39,522 nucleotides of DNA from an uncultured Enterobacteriaceae bacterium (lineage in GTDB: Bacteria > Pseudomonadota > Gammaproteobacteria > Burkholderiales > SG8-39): NCBI GenBank assembly GCA_964583645.1, contig CAZOWR010000002.1:1-39522 (forward strand), in the 5' to 3' direction. Shown piece by piece: positions 1 to 8,464 of the stretch. The notes below the pieces were generated by a model. It was not told the DNA's origin. It did no database searches and saw only the letters and a list, made by a program, of their open reading frames with translations. Within the stretch, counting starts at the first letter, position 1, and each line of letters begins with the position of its first letter. A program made the position numbers and the translations under genes.

Positions 1-558
1 GAGACCCTCATCGTAATAGCGCCGGTAGTGGCCGCCGCCCCTGCCGGACCGGTTGATGTGCGGCAACCGCCGAGGCGGTACCCTGAGCAAACGGCAGACA
101 TCGGCGAAGTCGTCGTTCAGGCGCTCGTAACGGATGAGGTAGTCAAAGTTTGAGAACGGCGACCGGCCCGGCGTGTCCGTTCCGGGCAGGCGACCGTATG
201 AGGCCGCCGGCCTGACCTTGCTGATCAGCGATACGAACTCGGCCCGGTCCCACTCTTTCGCCTCTCGATGCGGCGAAAAGTAATACGAGATCAGGCGATC
301 CCAGGGGTTGCGGACGCACGTGAACTTGGAGAGCCGGCCGAACAGCGGCTCGCCGAGCCCGCGGCGATAGTCCAGCAAGGGCGAGTGCTTGCGCAACCGG
401 TAGCGATCGTTCCTGAGGCCGAAGCGCTCGATTCCGTCCTGATGCGGCGCCGCGCAGGTAACCGTATCTTCCGCATAGGGCAGCAGGACGCTCTGAATCG
501 CATTCCCTGCGGTCTTCGGAATGTGCACGAATATGAAGTTCTTCTTCAGGGAGAGCAT
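1..558 (-). CDS. Sulfotransferase family protein (Sulfotransfer_2-like). Partial: the C-terminus lies beyond the left window edge.
   Basis: My own minus-strand translation from ATG (558..556) gives MLSLKKNFIFVHIPKTAGNAIQSVLLPYAED...RNPWDRLISYYF. It stays open in frame to position 1. FVHIPKTAG is the PAPS 5'-phosphosulfate-binding loop typical of this family. It is not in the ORF track because no stop lies inside the window. Confidence 0.7.
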   Translation of the reverse strand, partial: MLSLKKNFIFVHIPKTAGNAIQSVLLPYAEDTVTCAAPHQDGIERFGLRNDRYRLRKHSPLLDYRRGLGEPLFGRLSKFTCVRNPWDRLISYYFSPHREAKEWDRAEFVSLISKVRPAASYGRLPGTDTPGRSPFSNFDYLIRYERLNDDFADVCRLLRVPPRRLPHINRSGRGGGHYRRYYDEGL

Positions 559-612
559 GCTACCGACCCGTCCAGATCCTCCGCATCCGCTCGGCAGATT
601 CCGCTGCCACAT

Positions 613-1608
613 TCAGCGCAGCGGATGCGGCCATATTTCGAGGCCGTGCACGCTGTTTCTGATATCCATCGTCAGGTTGACCGACTTGACGATGCTGGAT
701 GTCCTCAGGTCGTACAAGCTGATCGTGGACGGGGACGTGCCGCCTATGACGCGGTCATCCTCGGCAACGCAGAGCCCGCGCGTGAATCCCTGTCGGGCAT
801 GGTCACGAGGCAGGTGCGCCATGAGGAGATCGTCTTCCCGGTAGCGAACGGCCGGAATCGATTTGACCAAGGCGCCATTCCGGTCGAACAAGGCCAGCCG
901 GCTCGCCGCCGTATCGTTGGCCAGGATGCCGTCTCCATAAGGACGCGCATTGTGCGTCCCGCGCGGGACCGGCGGTCCTTCGACCAGGCGGCCATCGGCA
1001 ATGTACAGAAGGTTTCGCAGCCCCGTACCGCACACGCCTATCCTGTGGCCCGCCTGGAAAACGTTGTTGACATGCACGCTGTCGCCCGGCGCCGGGCCAC
1101 CCGGCAACCCGGGGTCGAATACGCGGAAATCGAGCGCCAGAGACGCGGCAGCTTGCCGTCTGATGCAATAGCCGCGGATGAACCTTTCCTGCAGCAGATC
1201 GAATATCAGCACTGAATCGAAGCCGGTGGAGGTCACGAGCAGCCGCGTGCCGCAGGCATGAATTTCATGGCAGTGCTTCAAGTAGGGATTCCTGAAGGAC
1301 TTCACGATTCCGAAGTCGCGGTCGTAAACAAATATCTCGTCGCTCGCGGCGACGTACGCGTGGTCTGCGTGCAAGGCGATCCCTCGCAGTCCGCGATCCT
1401 GCCCCCGTCCCTCCCAGCTGATATCAGCGTCGTCCCAGTCGACGACCAGCCTGGTTTCGCCGCTCTCCAGGTCGACCAGGTAGATGCCGCCGTGGCTTTC
1501 CCGCTGTTGCACGGAGCGAATTACCGAGGTCGCGATGACTCGAGGCAAACGGCCAGGGCAGCTCCGCTGCAGCGAAGCGCGACGCGGCTCATCTCGACCT
1601 CCGGTCAA
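613..1608 (-). CDS. Hypothetical protein, beta-propeller-like. From memory it resembles the TIGR03032/DUF4915 type; this is unverified.
   Basis: 331-aa ORF with balanced amino-acid composition, whereas the antisense 268..1215 ORF is R/A-rich. Repeated hydrophobic-strand/Gly-Asp patterns are present. The TTG start forms a TTGA overlap with the msbA stop (1605..1608). The true start may be further in. Confidence 0.6.
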   Translation of the reverse strand: MTGGRDEPRRASLQRSCPGRLPRVIATSVIRSVQQRESHGGIYLVDLESGETRLVVDWDDADISWEGRGQDRGLRGIALHADHAYVAASDEIFVYDRDFGIVKSFRNPYLKHCHEIHACGTRLLVTSTGFDSVLIFDLLQERFIRGYCIRRQAAASLALDFRVFDPGLPGGPAPGDSVHVNNVFQAGHRIGVCGTGLRNLLYIADGRLVEGPPVPRGTHNARPYGDGILANDTAASRLALFDRNGALVKSIPAVRYREDDLLMAHLPRDHARQGFTRGLCVAEDDRVIGGTSPSTISLYDLRTSSIVKSVNLTMDIRNSVHGLEIWPHPLR

Positions 1609-3362
1609 GGGTATCCCGACCCGTCGAACTGGATGCGGTGCAGCCGCGCGTAGGCGCCGGCGCGCGCAAGCAGCCCGGCGTGCGTGCCGCTCTCCACCAC
1701 GCGCCCGCGCGCGAGCACCACGATGCGGTCGGCGCGCTCCACCGTCGAGAGCCGGTGCGCGATCACGATGGTGGTGCGGCCGCGCATCAGCGTCTCCAGC
1801 GCCGCCTGGACCAGGCGCTCGGACTCAGAATCGAGCGCCGAGGTGGCCTCGTCCAGCACCAGCACCGGCGCGTCCTTGAGCAGCGCCCGTGCGATCGCGA
1901 GGCGCTGGCGCTGGCCTCCCGAGAGCTTCACGCCGCGCTCGCCCACCCGCGTCGCCATGCCTTCCGGGAGCCGCTCGACGAACTCGAGCGCGTGCGCGGC
2001 GCGCGCCGCCGCGAGGACCGCGTCCTCCGCGGCGCGCGCCATCGCGCCGTAGGCGATGTTGGCGCGGATGGTGTCGTTGAACAGCACCACGTCCTGCGAC
2101 ACCAGCGCGATGTTGGCGCGCAGGGCTTCGAGCGTGAGCGACTGCAGGTCGTGGCCGTCGAGCAGGATGCGGCCGCTCGAAGGGGCGTAGAAGCGCGGCA
2201 GCAGGTTGACGAGCGTGGTCTTGCCGCCGCCCGAGACGCCGACCAGCGCCACCGTCTCCCCGGGGCGCACTTCCAGGCTCACCGCCGCGAGCGCGGGCTC
2301 CCCGCGCCCCGGGTAGGTGAAGCTCACGTCCTCGAACGCGATCGCCCCGCGCGCGCGCCCCAGCGCCAGCGTGCCGCGGTCCTCCTCGGCCGGCGTGTCC
2401 ATCAGGCCGAAGACGCTGTCGGCCGCGGCCAGGCCCCGCTGCAGCGGGGCGTTGACCTCGGTGAGGCGGCGCACCGGCCCGAGCAGCAGGAGCATCGCGG
2501 TGATGAAGGAAGCGAACTCGCCCACCGTGGTGCGCGCCGCGAGCGAATCCTGCAGCGCGAGGTACACGATGATGGCGAGCGCCACCGCCGCGAGCGTGTG
2601 CGTCACCGGGGTGATGAGGGCGGCGGGCACGGTCTGGCGCATGTTGAAGCCGCGCAGCCTCTGGTTGGCCTGCGCGAAGCGGCGCGCCTCGTAGTCCTGG
2701 CCGCCGAACACCTTCACCACCTTGTGACTGCCGATCGCCTCCTCGAGCACCTGCACCAGCTCTCCGGTGGCGCGCTGCGCCTCACGCGCCATGCGCCGCA
2801 GGCGCCGCGAGAGCAGCCGCACGAAAAGCGCGATCGGGGGGCCTACGGCGAGCGCGACCAGCGTCAGCTTCCAGTCGAGGTAGAGCAGCCACGCGAGCAG
2901 CCCGAGCACCGCGAGGGAGTCGCGCACCAGCACCGTGAGCACCGAAGTGGCCGCGGCGGTGACGCCGCCGACGTCGTAGGCGACCCTGGAGAGCACGGTG
3001 CCGGAGCTGTGGTCGTCGAAGAAGCGCGCCGGCAGGCGCAGCAGCCGCGCGAACATCGCCCCGCGCAGGTCGAGCACCACGCGGTTCGCCACCCAGGCCA
3101 TGCAGTACTGCGAGGTGAAGGTGAGCAGCCCCCGCGCCACGAAGATCGCGACCAGCGCCCCCGCGTAGGCGCCGGGCGGCAGGGCCGGCGATCTCCCCGC
3201 GGCGAAGCCGCCGTCGAGCAGCGGCTTGATGAGCGCCGGAAACAGCGGCTCGGTCGCGGCGGCCGCGACCATGGCGGCGAGCGCGACGCCGAAGACCGTC
3301 GCGTACGGGCGCACGTAGCCGAGCAGCCGGAGGTAGAGCTCCCGATCGCGCTGCGCGCTCAT
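1605..3362 (-). CDS. msbA: Lipid A export ATP-binding/permease protein MsbA
   Basis: Start MSAQRDRELYLRLLGYVRPY lies inside the 917-aa read-through ORF. The 585-aa product has an N-terminal 6-TM domain, Walker A GVSGGGKTT, signature LSGGQRQR and Walker B VLVLDEATSALD. An ATGA overlap joins it to the upstream glycosyltransferase stop. Confidence 0.9.
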   Translation of the reverse strand: MSAQRDRELYLRLLGYVRPYATVFGVALAAMVAAAATEPLFPALIKPLLDGGFAAGRSPALPPGAYAGALVAIFVARGLLTFTSQYCMAWVANRVVLDLRGAMFARLLRLPARFFDDHSSGTVLSRVAYDVGGVTAAATSVLTVLVRDSLAVLGLLAWLLYLDWKLTLVALAVGPPIALFVRLLSRRLRRMAREAQRATGELVQVLEEAIGSHKVVKVFGGQDYEARRFAQANQRLRGFNMRQTVPAALITPVTHTLAAVALAIIVYLALQDSLAARTTVGEFASFITAMLLLLGPVRRLTEVNAPLQRGLAAADSVFGLMDTPAEEDRGTLALGRARGAIAFEDVSFTYPGRGEPALAAVSLEVRPGETVALVGVSGGGKTTLVNLLPRFYAPSSGRILLDGHDLQSLTLEALRANIALVSQDVVLFNDTIRANIAYGAMARAAEDAVLAAARAAHALEFVERLPEGMATRVGERGVKLSGGQRQRLAIARALLKDAPVLVLDEATSALDSESERLVQAALETLMRGRTTIVIAHRLSTVERADRIVVLARGRVVESGTHAGLLARAGAYARLHRIQFDGSGYP

Positions 3363-4477
3363 GCGAGCGTTGCGTAAAGCCCGGTCAGCCTGCGAGCCAT
3401 GTCCTCGATCCCGTAGCGCCCCGCCGCCGCGCGCGCCGGCGCTTCGGTGCGGCCCTCGCGCGCCGCCGCCGCCGCCTCGCGCATGGTGCGCGCGAGTCCC
3501 GCCACGTCCCCCGGCTCGCACAGCCAGCCGTCCACGCCCGGCTGGAGAATCTCGGCTGCGCCGCTGCGCCGGCCGACGATCGCCGGCACTCCCATCGCGA
3601 GCGCCTCCAGCACGGTGTTCGGGAAGGGGTCGTAGCGCGTAGGAAGGATAAAGCAATCGGCGGCGGCGTAGAGGGGGCGCAGGTCCGCGCGCGCCCCGAG
3701 CAGCTGCACGCGCGCGCCGACACCGGTGCCGGCGGCGCGCGCCGCGTAGCGCCGCGCGCGGCGATCGCGCCCCGCCGCGGCAAGACGAAAGCGCGGCTCG
3801 CCGCAGCGCGCGAGCGCGTCGATCGCCGCGTCCAGCCCCTTGCGCGCGAAGCCCGAGCCGGCGAACAGGAACAGCGTCTCGTCCTGCGCCAGGCCCAGCT
3901 CGGCGCGCGCGGCCGGGCGCCGCGCCGCGCGCTCGCGCGGGTGAAAGTGCTCCAGGTCGACGCCGTTGTAGATGACGTGGAGCTTGCGCGGCGCGACGCG
4001 GAACGCGGCGGCGATCTCCTCGAGCACCATGCGCGAGTTGCAGATCACCGCCCGCAGGCACGGGTGCTGGAGCATCTCGCGCTCCGCCTCGCACAGGTAG
4101 CGGTGGTGCGGATTGAGCGCGATGCCGAGGCGCTCGAGCGGCGTGCCCGCCTCGCGGCGCAGCCCGAGCCAGGCGCGATGCACGCCGTCGCCCGCCCGAT
4201 AGACGTCGCAGCCCGGGATGCGCTCGTGGGACTGCACGACATCGAAGCTTCCTGCCCTCCAGGCGGCGCGCGCTTCGCGCGCGAAGGACCAGTCGCGCCA
4301 CAGGCTCCCGAGGTAGAACGGATCGACGCGTTGCACCCGTCCGGCGCCCGCGTCCCACTGCCGGGCGATCAGCGTCACCTCGATGCCGGCGCGCTCGAGT
4401 GCCGGGAGCGAGCGCTCGATGAAGCGCTCGGCGCCACCGTAGGGGTTGTAGCGCTGCCTGACCAGCGCGAGGCGCAT
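3359..4477 (-). CDS. waaG: GT4 glycosyltransferase, WaaG-like LPS core glucosyltransferase
   Basis: 372-aa ORF. The N-terminus RYNPYGGAERF and the DVYRAGDGVHRAW...HHRYLCEAEREML block parallel E. coli WaaG (KYFPFGGLQRDF, DVYFAADVCY...YRHYAAFERATF). It sits between a heptosyltransferase gene and msbA. Confidence 0.75.
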   Translation of the reverse strand: MRLALVRQRYNPYGGAERFIERSLPALERAGIEVTLIARQWDAGAGRVQRVDPFYLGSLWRDWSFAREARAAWRAGSFDVVQSHERIPGCDVYRAGDGVHRAWLGLRREAGTPLERLGIALNPHHRYLCEAEREMLQHPCLRAVICNSRMVLEEIAAAFRVAPRKLHVIYNGVDLEHFHPRERAARRPAARAELGLAQDETLFLFAGSGFARKGLDAAIDALARCGEPRFRLAAAGRDRRARRYAARAAGTGVGARVQLLGARADLRPLYAAADCFILPTRYDPFPNTVLEALAMGVPAIVGRRSGAAEILQPGVDGWLCEPGDVAGLARTMREAAAAAREGRTEAPARAAAGRYGIEDMARRLTGLYATLA

Positions 4478-4490
4478 GCGCGCGCCGCTC

Positions 4491-5552
4491 CTAGGCGAGC
4501 AGCTCGCGCGCCGCGGCGTGCACCGCGTCCACCGGCAGCGCGGTGAGGCACTCGCTCACCTTGCCCCCGCCGCAGCCGTCGTTGCCGCAGGGGCGGCAGG
4601 GATGCCCGCTCGCCACGACGCGGTGCGGCACGTGCCAGGGGCCCCACTCGTGCTCGCCGCTCGGCCCGAAGAGCGCCACCACCGGCGTGCCCATCGCGGC
4701 CGCGAGGTGCATCGGCATCGAGTCCACGCCGATGAAGAGGCGCGCGCGCGCGGCGAGCGCCCCCAGCTCCTTGAGCGAGAGCCGCCCCGCGAGGTTGAGC
4801 GCCGCCCCGGGTGCGCGCCGCTCGATCTCCGCGGCGAGCGCGAGCTCCTGCGGCGCGGGCGCGGAGGTCAGCACCACGCGGTGCCCGTCGGCGGCGAGGC
4901 GCTGCAGCAGCGCCGCGTTGCCCTCGGCCGTCCAGCTCTTGAAGCTCCAGCGCGAGCCCGGATGCAGCTGCACGAAGCCGCCCTCGGGGACCAGGGCGCG
5001 CACGCGCGCCTCGGCCTCGGCGCCGGGGACGAACTGGACGCGCCGCCCCCCGATCGCCGGCTGGATGCCGATGCGCCGCAGCGCATCCAGGTTGAGCTCG
5101 ACCGCGTGCCGGCGCCCGTTCGCCGGCAGCGCGTAGAAGTGCGTGAAGCTGCGCTCCCAGAAGCGCCCGCGCCCGGGGACGCGCGGCGCGACGCTGAAGC
5201 GCGCGCCCAGCAGCCGCGCGAGCCACGCGCCGCGCGGATGCTCCGAGAGATGGACGATCAGCCCGTAGCCGCGCGCACGCAGGTCCGCCAGCAGCCGCCA
5301 CTCGCTGGCGAGGCGCTCGAGCGGCCCCGCGCTCCTCCAGTTCCGTCCGACCGCATGCAGCGCCGAGAGCGCCGGATGTCCCTCGAGCATCGGCGCGGTG
5401 TCGTCATAGACCAGCGCGTCGATTTCGAGTGCCGGCGCGTGCGACTTCAGTACCGCGAGGACCGGCGTCGCGAGGAGCACGTCGCCGTGGTGGCGCAGCT
5501 TCACCACCAGGGCGCGCGCGATCTCCCCGAGCGGGACCGCGTCCTTCGGCAT
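4491..5552 (-). CDS. waaQ: GT9 lipopolysaccharide heptosyltransferase III-like (WaaQ/RfaQ type)
   Basis: Start MPKDAVPLGEIARALVVKLRHHGDVLLATPVL lies inside the 1091-aa read-through ORF (353 aa). KLRHHGD and the C-terminal GVDSMPMHLAAAMGTPVVALFGPS are heptosyltransferase hallmarks. Confidence 0.8.
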   Translation of the reverse strand: MPKDAVPLGEIARALVVKLRHHGDVLLATPVLAVLKSHAPALEIDALVYDDTAPMLEGHPALSALHAVGRNWRSAGPLERLASEWRLLADLRARGYGLIVHLSEHPRGAWLARLLGARFSVAPRVPGRGRFWERSFTHFYALPANGRRHAVELNLDALRRIGIQPAIGGRRVQFVPGAEAEARVRALVPEGGFVQLHPGSRWSFKSWTAEGNAALLQRLAADGHRVVLTSAPAPQELALAAEIERRAPGAALNLAGRLSLKELGALAARARLFIGVDSMPMHLAAAMGTPVVALFGPSGEHEWGPWHVPHRVVASGHPCRPCGNDGCGGGKVSECLTALPVDAVHAAARELLA

Positions 5553-5575
5553 GCGGGGAAGATAGCATGGCGCCT

Positions 5576-7549
5576 CTACTCGAGCCGCCAGGCGAGCGAC
5601 AGGTACAGCGCGCGTCCCGGCGCCGGAAACGCGCTGAAGCTGGTGCCGGCGAAGTTGCGGATGCCGTAGCTGTAGTAGCGCTTGTCGAAGAGGTTGCGCG
5701 CCTCCAGCGCGACATGGACGCGCCCGATGCGGTGCTCCAGCTTGGCATCCAGCAGCGCGTAGTCGGGCATCTCGCGCGGGAAGCTGTTCGCCTGGTCGTT
5801 GTCGTAGCGTTGCCCGCCCACGTAGCGCAGGCTGGCGTTCACGCGGCTCGCCGCGGCGAAGCGCCACGACGCGCCCACGGTGGCGAGCGCCTCGGGCACC
5901 AGCGGCACCGTGTTGCCGCCCACGTCCACGCCACCGTAGACGCCGGAGCGAAAGCGCGCCCGCTGCAGCGCAAGCGAGGCGCGCAGCTCGAGCGTCTCGC
6001 CGGCGCGCCAGGCGGCCTCGAGCTCGGCGCCGCGGCGCCGGGTCGGCGACAGGTTGAGCGTAGAGAAGGTGAGCGGGCTGAAGTAGATCTCGTTCTCCAG
6101 CCGGATCTCGTACACCGCGAGCCGTGCGCGCAGGCCGCCCCGCTCGAGCTCGACCCCCAGCTCCCCGGCGCGCGCGGTCTGCGGCTCGAGCAGGCTCGCG
6201 GCGCAGGGCGGAAAGAAGCAGGCGTTGTCGTCGAAGTTGGCGACGCGAAAGCTCCGTCCCGCCTTGGCGTAGCCCGACCAGCCGCCGCCCAGGCGCTGGC
6301 GCAGCGCCGCCTCGTACGCGCGCAGGCTGCGTGCGGCACGCCGCTCGTCGAGCGGGAACACCCGCTCCTCGAGCCGGTCCTCGCTGCGCTGGGCGCGCGC
6401 GCCGAGCACCAGGCGCGTGGCCGATGCGACCCAGAAGTTGAGCTGCGCGTAAAGCGCGCGGTTGGTCTGCTCCCCGAGCCGCCGCGAGAACGGCGCTGCG
6501 ATCGCCTGCGGGCTCCCCGCGCTCGCGGTGCCGTAATCCCAGCGGTCGAGGTCCGCCCCCAGCACCAGCTCGTGCGCCCGGCCGAGGGCGTCGAACCCGA
6601 GTCTTGCCCGGGGCGTGAGCGACCAGTACTCGACCCGCGTGTCGACGAAAAAGGTGCCGTTGAAGAGCAGCGCGTCGGCGTGCTTGCGCCGGTAGGCGAG
6701 GTCGGCCGAGAACTCGTGGCGCCCAGCCTTGAGCGCGCCGCCGAGCGTCACTTGGCCGCCGTTGCGCTCGCCGTAGTCCGAGGGGTTGAGCGTCTGGCGC
6801 GGGTCGGCCGCGATCTGCGCCTCGCTGAGCGCGCCCGGCAGCCCCTGGTGCTGGTCGTCGACGCCGAAGCGCAGCCACGCGCGCCCGGGCCCGCCGCGCG
6901 CCTCGAGCGCCCCCGAGAGATTGAGCTGCTGGTAGCGGTTGTTGCGGCGGTAGCCCGCGGTGTCCTCGTCCGAGAACGCGAGCGTGAGGCCGAGGGCCTC
7001 GCCCTGGCGCGAGAAGCCCGCCCGGTATTCGCGGCTGCCGTAGCCGCCGGCGCGCCCGAGCGCGTAGCCGCGCGCCTCCCCGGGCCGCCCGGCGCGCGTG
7101 ATGATGTTGACGGTGCCCCCGCTCGCGCCCCCGCCGTAGAGCACCGCCCCCGAGCCGCGCAGGATCTCGATGCGCTCGATCGACTCGAGCGGGATCGCGG
7201 CGAGCTGCGGCGCCACCAGCTCGTTCTCCGAAAGCCGCACCCCGTCCACCAGCACCAGGGTGTTCTCGCTCCCCGTGATGCCGAAGCCGCGCAGGTCGAG
7301 CTGCTGGTTGGGGGAGCCCGAGTTGTCCCGGACGTGGAGCAGGCCGTGCTGCGCAAGGATCTCGGCGAGGTTGGAGCTCGCGCTCGAGCGGATGTCCTGC
7401 GCGCTGATCAGCGTCACTCCGACCGGCAGGTCCCGGCGCGAGTCCGGAAAACGGGTCGCCGTGACGACGATCGCATCGTCGTCCTGCGCCCACGCGGGAA
7501 CGAAACAAAGCACGGCGGCGATGCCGGCCGGGACCACGAGCTTGAGCAT
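5576..7549 (-). CDS. btuB: TonB-dependent outer-membrane receptor, probable cobalamin transporter BtuB
   Basis: 657-aa ORF with signal peptide MLKLVVPAGIAAVLCFVPAWA and TonB box DAIVVTATR (E. coli BtuB has DTLVVTANR). It has a plug domain followed by a beta-barrel. A cobalamin riboswitch lies directly upstream. Confidence 0.85.
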   Translation of the reverse strand: MLKLVVPAGIAAVLCFVPAWAQDDDAIVVTATRFPDSRRDLPVGVTLISAQDIRSSASSNLAEILAQHGLLHVRDNSGSPNQQLDLRGFGITGSENTLVLVDGVRLSENELVAPQLAAIPLESIERIEILRGSGAVLYGGGASGGTVNIITRAGRPGEARGYALGRAGGYGSREYRAGFSRQGEALGLTLAFSDEDTAGYRRNNRYQQLNLSGALEARGGPGRAWLRFGVDDQHQGLPGALSEAQIAADPRQTLNPSDYGERNGGQVTLGGALKAGRHEFSADLAYRRKHADALLFNGTFFVDTRVEYWSLTPRARLGFDALGRAHELVLGADLDRWDYGTASAGSPQAIAAPFSRRLGEQTNRALYAQLNFWVASATRLVLGARAQRSEDRLEERVFPLDERRAARSLRAYEAALRQRLGGGWSGYAKAGRSFRVANFDDNACFFPPCAASLLEPQTARAGELGVELERGGLRARLAVYEIRLENEIYFSPLTFSTLNLSPTRRRGAELEAAWRAGETLELRASLALQRARFRSGVYGGVDVGGNTVPLVPEALATVGASWRFAAASRVNASLRYVGGQRYDNDQANSFPREMPDYALLDAKLEHRIGRVHVALEARNLFDKRYYSYGIRNFAGTSFSAFPAPGRALYLSLAWRLE

Positions 7550-7574
7550 GACACCCTCCCCTGGCGTCTACCCC

Positions 7575-7770
7575 GACGCCGCGAACAGGTTGCACACTGC
7601 AAGGCCGGTCTCCGGACTCGCGAGGACCGGGCGCTCCGCCTTCCCGCGCGTGCCGCATGCGCAGTGGCCCAGAGGAGCGCCCGCACTCGCCTACCGTTGC
7701 GGGGGCAGTACAGGCTTCGAACCTGTTTCCCGTTTCACCCTGGCGCGAGAGCCGCGCCATGGACACCTTG
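7575..7770 (-). promoter_or_regulatory. Cobalamin (B12) riboswitch in the btuB leader
   Basis: The minus strand reads GGTGAAACGGGAAACAGGTTCGAAGCCTGTACTGCCCCCGCAACGGTAGG...GGGCCACTG...GGGAAGGC...GAGTCCGGAGACCGGCC. All conserved core blocks are present, including the B12 box (plus coordinates 7603..7618). The boundaries are approximate. Confidence 0.88.
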
Positions 7771-7787
7771 CAACCGGAAGCCGCCCG

Positions 7788-7793
7788 ATTATA
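7788..7793 (-). promoter_or_regulatory. Candidate -10 box (TATAAT) for the riboswitch-btuB transcript
   Basis: An exact TATAAT on the minus strand lies about 20 nt upstream of the first conserved riboswitch helix. The -35 region is poor (TGGAAG/GGAAGA). Confidence 0.35.
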
Positions 7794-7882
7794 AGGGGCG
7801 GCCTCGGAACTTCTTCCAGGCAGGCGCCGGAAAAGCCTTGCGCGACACCGTCTTGGCGCGCCGCCGCATGATCAGGAAACAC

Positions 7883-8131
7883 ATGCAGAATCGGTCCTTA
7901 TTTCTTGACGCTGCGGCGCAATTGCAACATAGTGTAAGCGTGGAGGCGGAGTTCAATTCGCTCGAGTCGAAGGTGACGCAGTTCGTGGGACTTTGCGAGC
8001 GCCTGCGCGCCGAGAACCACGATTTGCGCCAGCAGCTGGCGGCGGCGAAGCACGACGCCAGGCGTCTGACCGAGCGCATCGAGGGCGCCAAGGCGAAGCT
8101 CGAGCAACTGCTGGCGCGGCTTCCCGACTGA
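7883..8131 (+). CDS. ZapB-like coiled-coil protein (TIGR02449-type small protein found upstream of zapA)
   Basis: This is the tail of the 900-aa read-through ORF: ...VEAEFNSLESKVTQFVGLCERLRAENHDLRQQLAAAKHDARRLTERIEGAKAKLEQLLARLPD, with heptad character. It lies directly upstream of zapA. ATG 7883 has an AGGAAA SD-like element. In-frame alternative starts are ATG 7868 and GTG 7940. Confidence 0.65.
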   Translation: MQNRSLFLDAAAQLQHSVSVEAEFNSLESKVTQFVGLCERLRAENHDLRQQLAAAKHDARRLTERIEGAKAKLEQLLARLPD

Positions 8132-8149
8132 CCCGGAGCGCGCACCCGC

Positions 8150-8458
8150 ATGGCCGACGCCGCCAAGTCGATCGAGGTCAGCATCCTCGGGCGCAGCTAC
8201 CGCGTCGCCTGCGAGGACGGCGAGCGCGATGCGCTCATGAAGGCGGTCGACTACCTCGACGGCAAGATGAGCGAGATCCGCAGAAGCGGCAAGGTGAACG
8301 GCGCCGACCGCATCGCGGTGATGGCCGCGCTCAACATCGCGCACGAGCTGCTCTCGATCCGCGTCGGCGGCTTTGACATCGGCGAGGCCAAGCGTAGAAT
8401 CGCCGCCATCGAGGCGAGGCTCGATGCGGCGCTCGCCCAGCAGGAAAAGCTGTTCTAG
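8150..8458 (+). CDS. zapA: Cell division protein ZapA
   Basis: 102-aa ORF. SILGRSYRVACEDGERDALMKAVDYLDGKM...DRIAVMAALNIAHELL matches the ZapA family pattern. Confidence 0.9.
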   Translation: MADAAKSIEVSILGRSYRVACEDGERDALMKAVDYLDGKMSEIRRSGKVNGADRIAVMAALNIAHELLSIRVGGFDIGEAKRRIAAIEARLDAALAQQEKLF

Positions 8459-8464
8459 ATCACG

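Noticed and set aside
1638-3377. Long plus-strand ORF (579 aa) antisense to msbA. Similar antisense giants lie at 5429..8131 (its 3' end aside), 10366..12471, 21611..23101, 25754..27838, 28758..30254 and 31059..32795.
   Set aside because: Their translations are extreme Arg/Ala/Gly/Pro-rich, low-complexity sequences with no motifs. They lie opposite ORFs with clear family signatures. This is the typical open-frame artefact of ~70% GC DNA.
7711-7725. tRNA T-arm-like GGTTCGAAGCC on the minus strand.
   Set aside because: It is the P-stem/loop of the cobalamin riboswitch (CAGGTTCGAAGCCTG). There is no acceptor stem, D-arm or anticodon arm around it. No tRNA or rRNA genes were seen anywhere in the window.
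4491-7766. 1091-aa minus-strand ORF suggesting a giant fusion protein. Read-through ORFs of the same kind lie at 1605..4358, 17046..19616, 18875..20281, 32012..33595 and 36200..37969.
   Set aside because: Only the C-terminal part has a recognisable fold (heptosyltransferase from MPKDAVPLG at 5552). The upstream part is an out-of-frame reading of btuB. In every such case I trimmed to the internal start that matches the family N-terminus.
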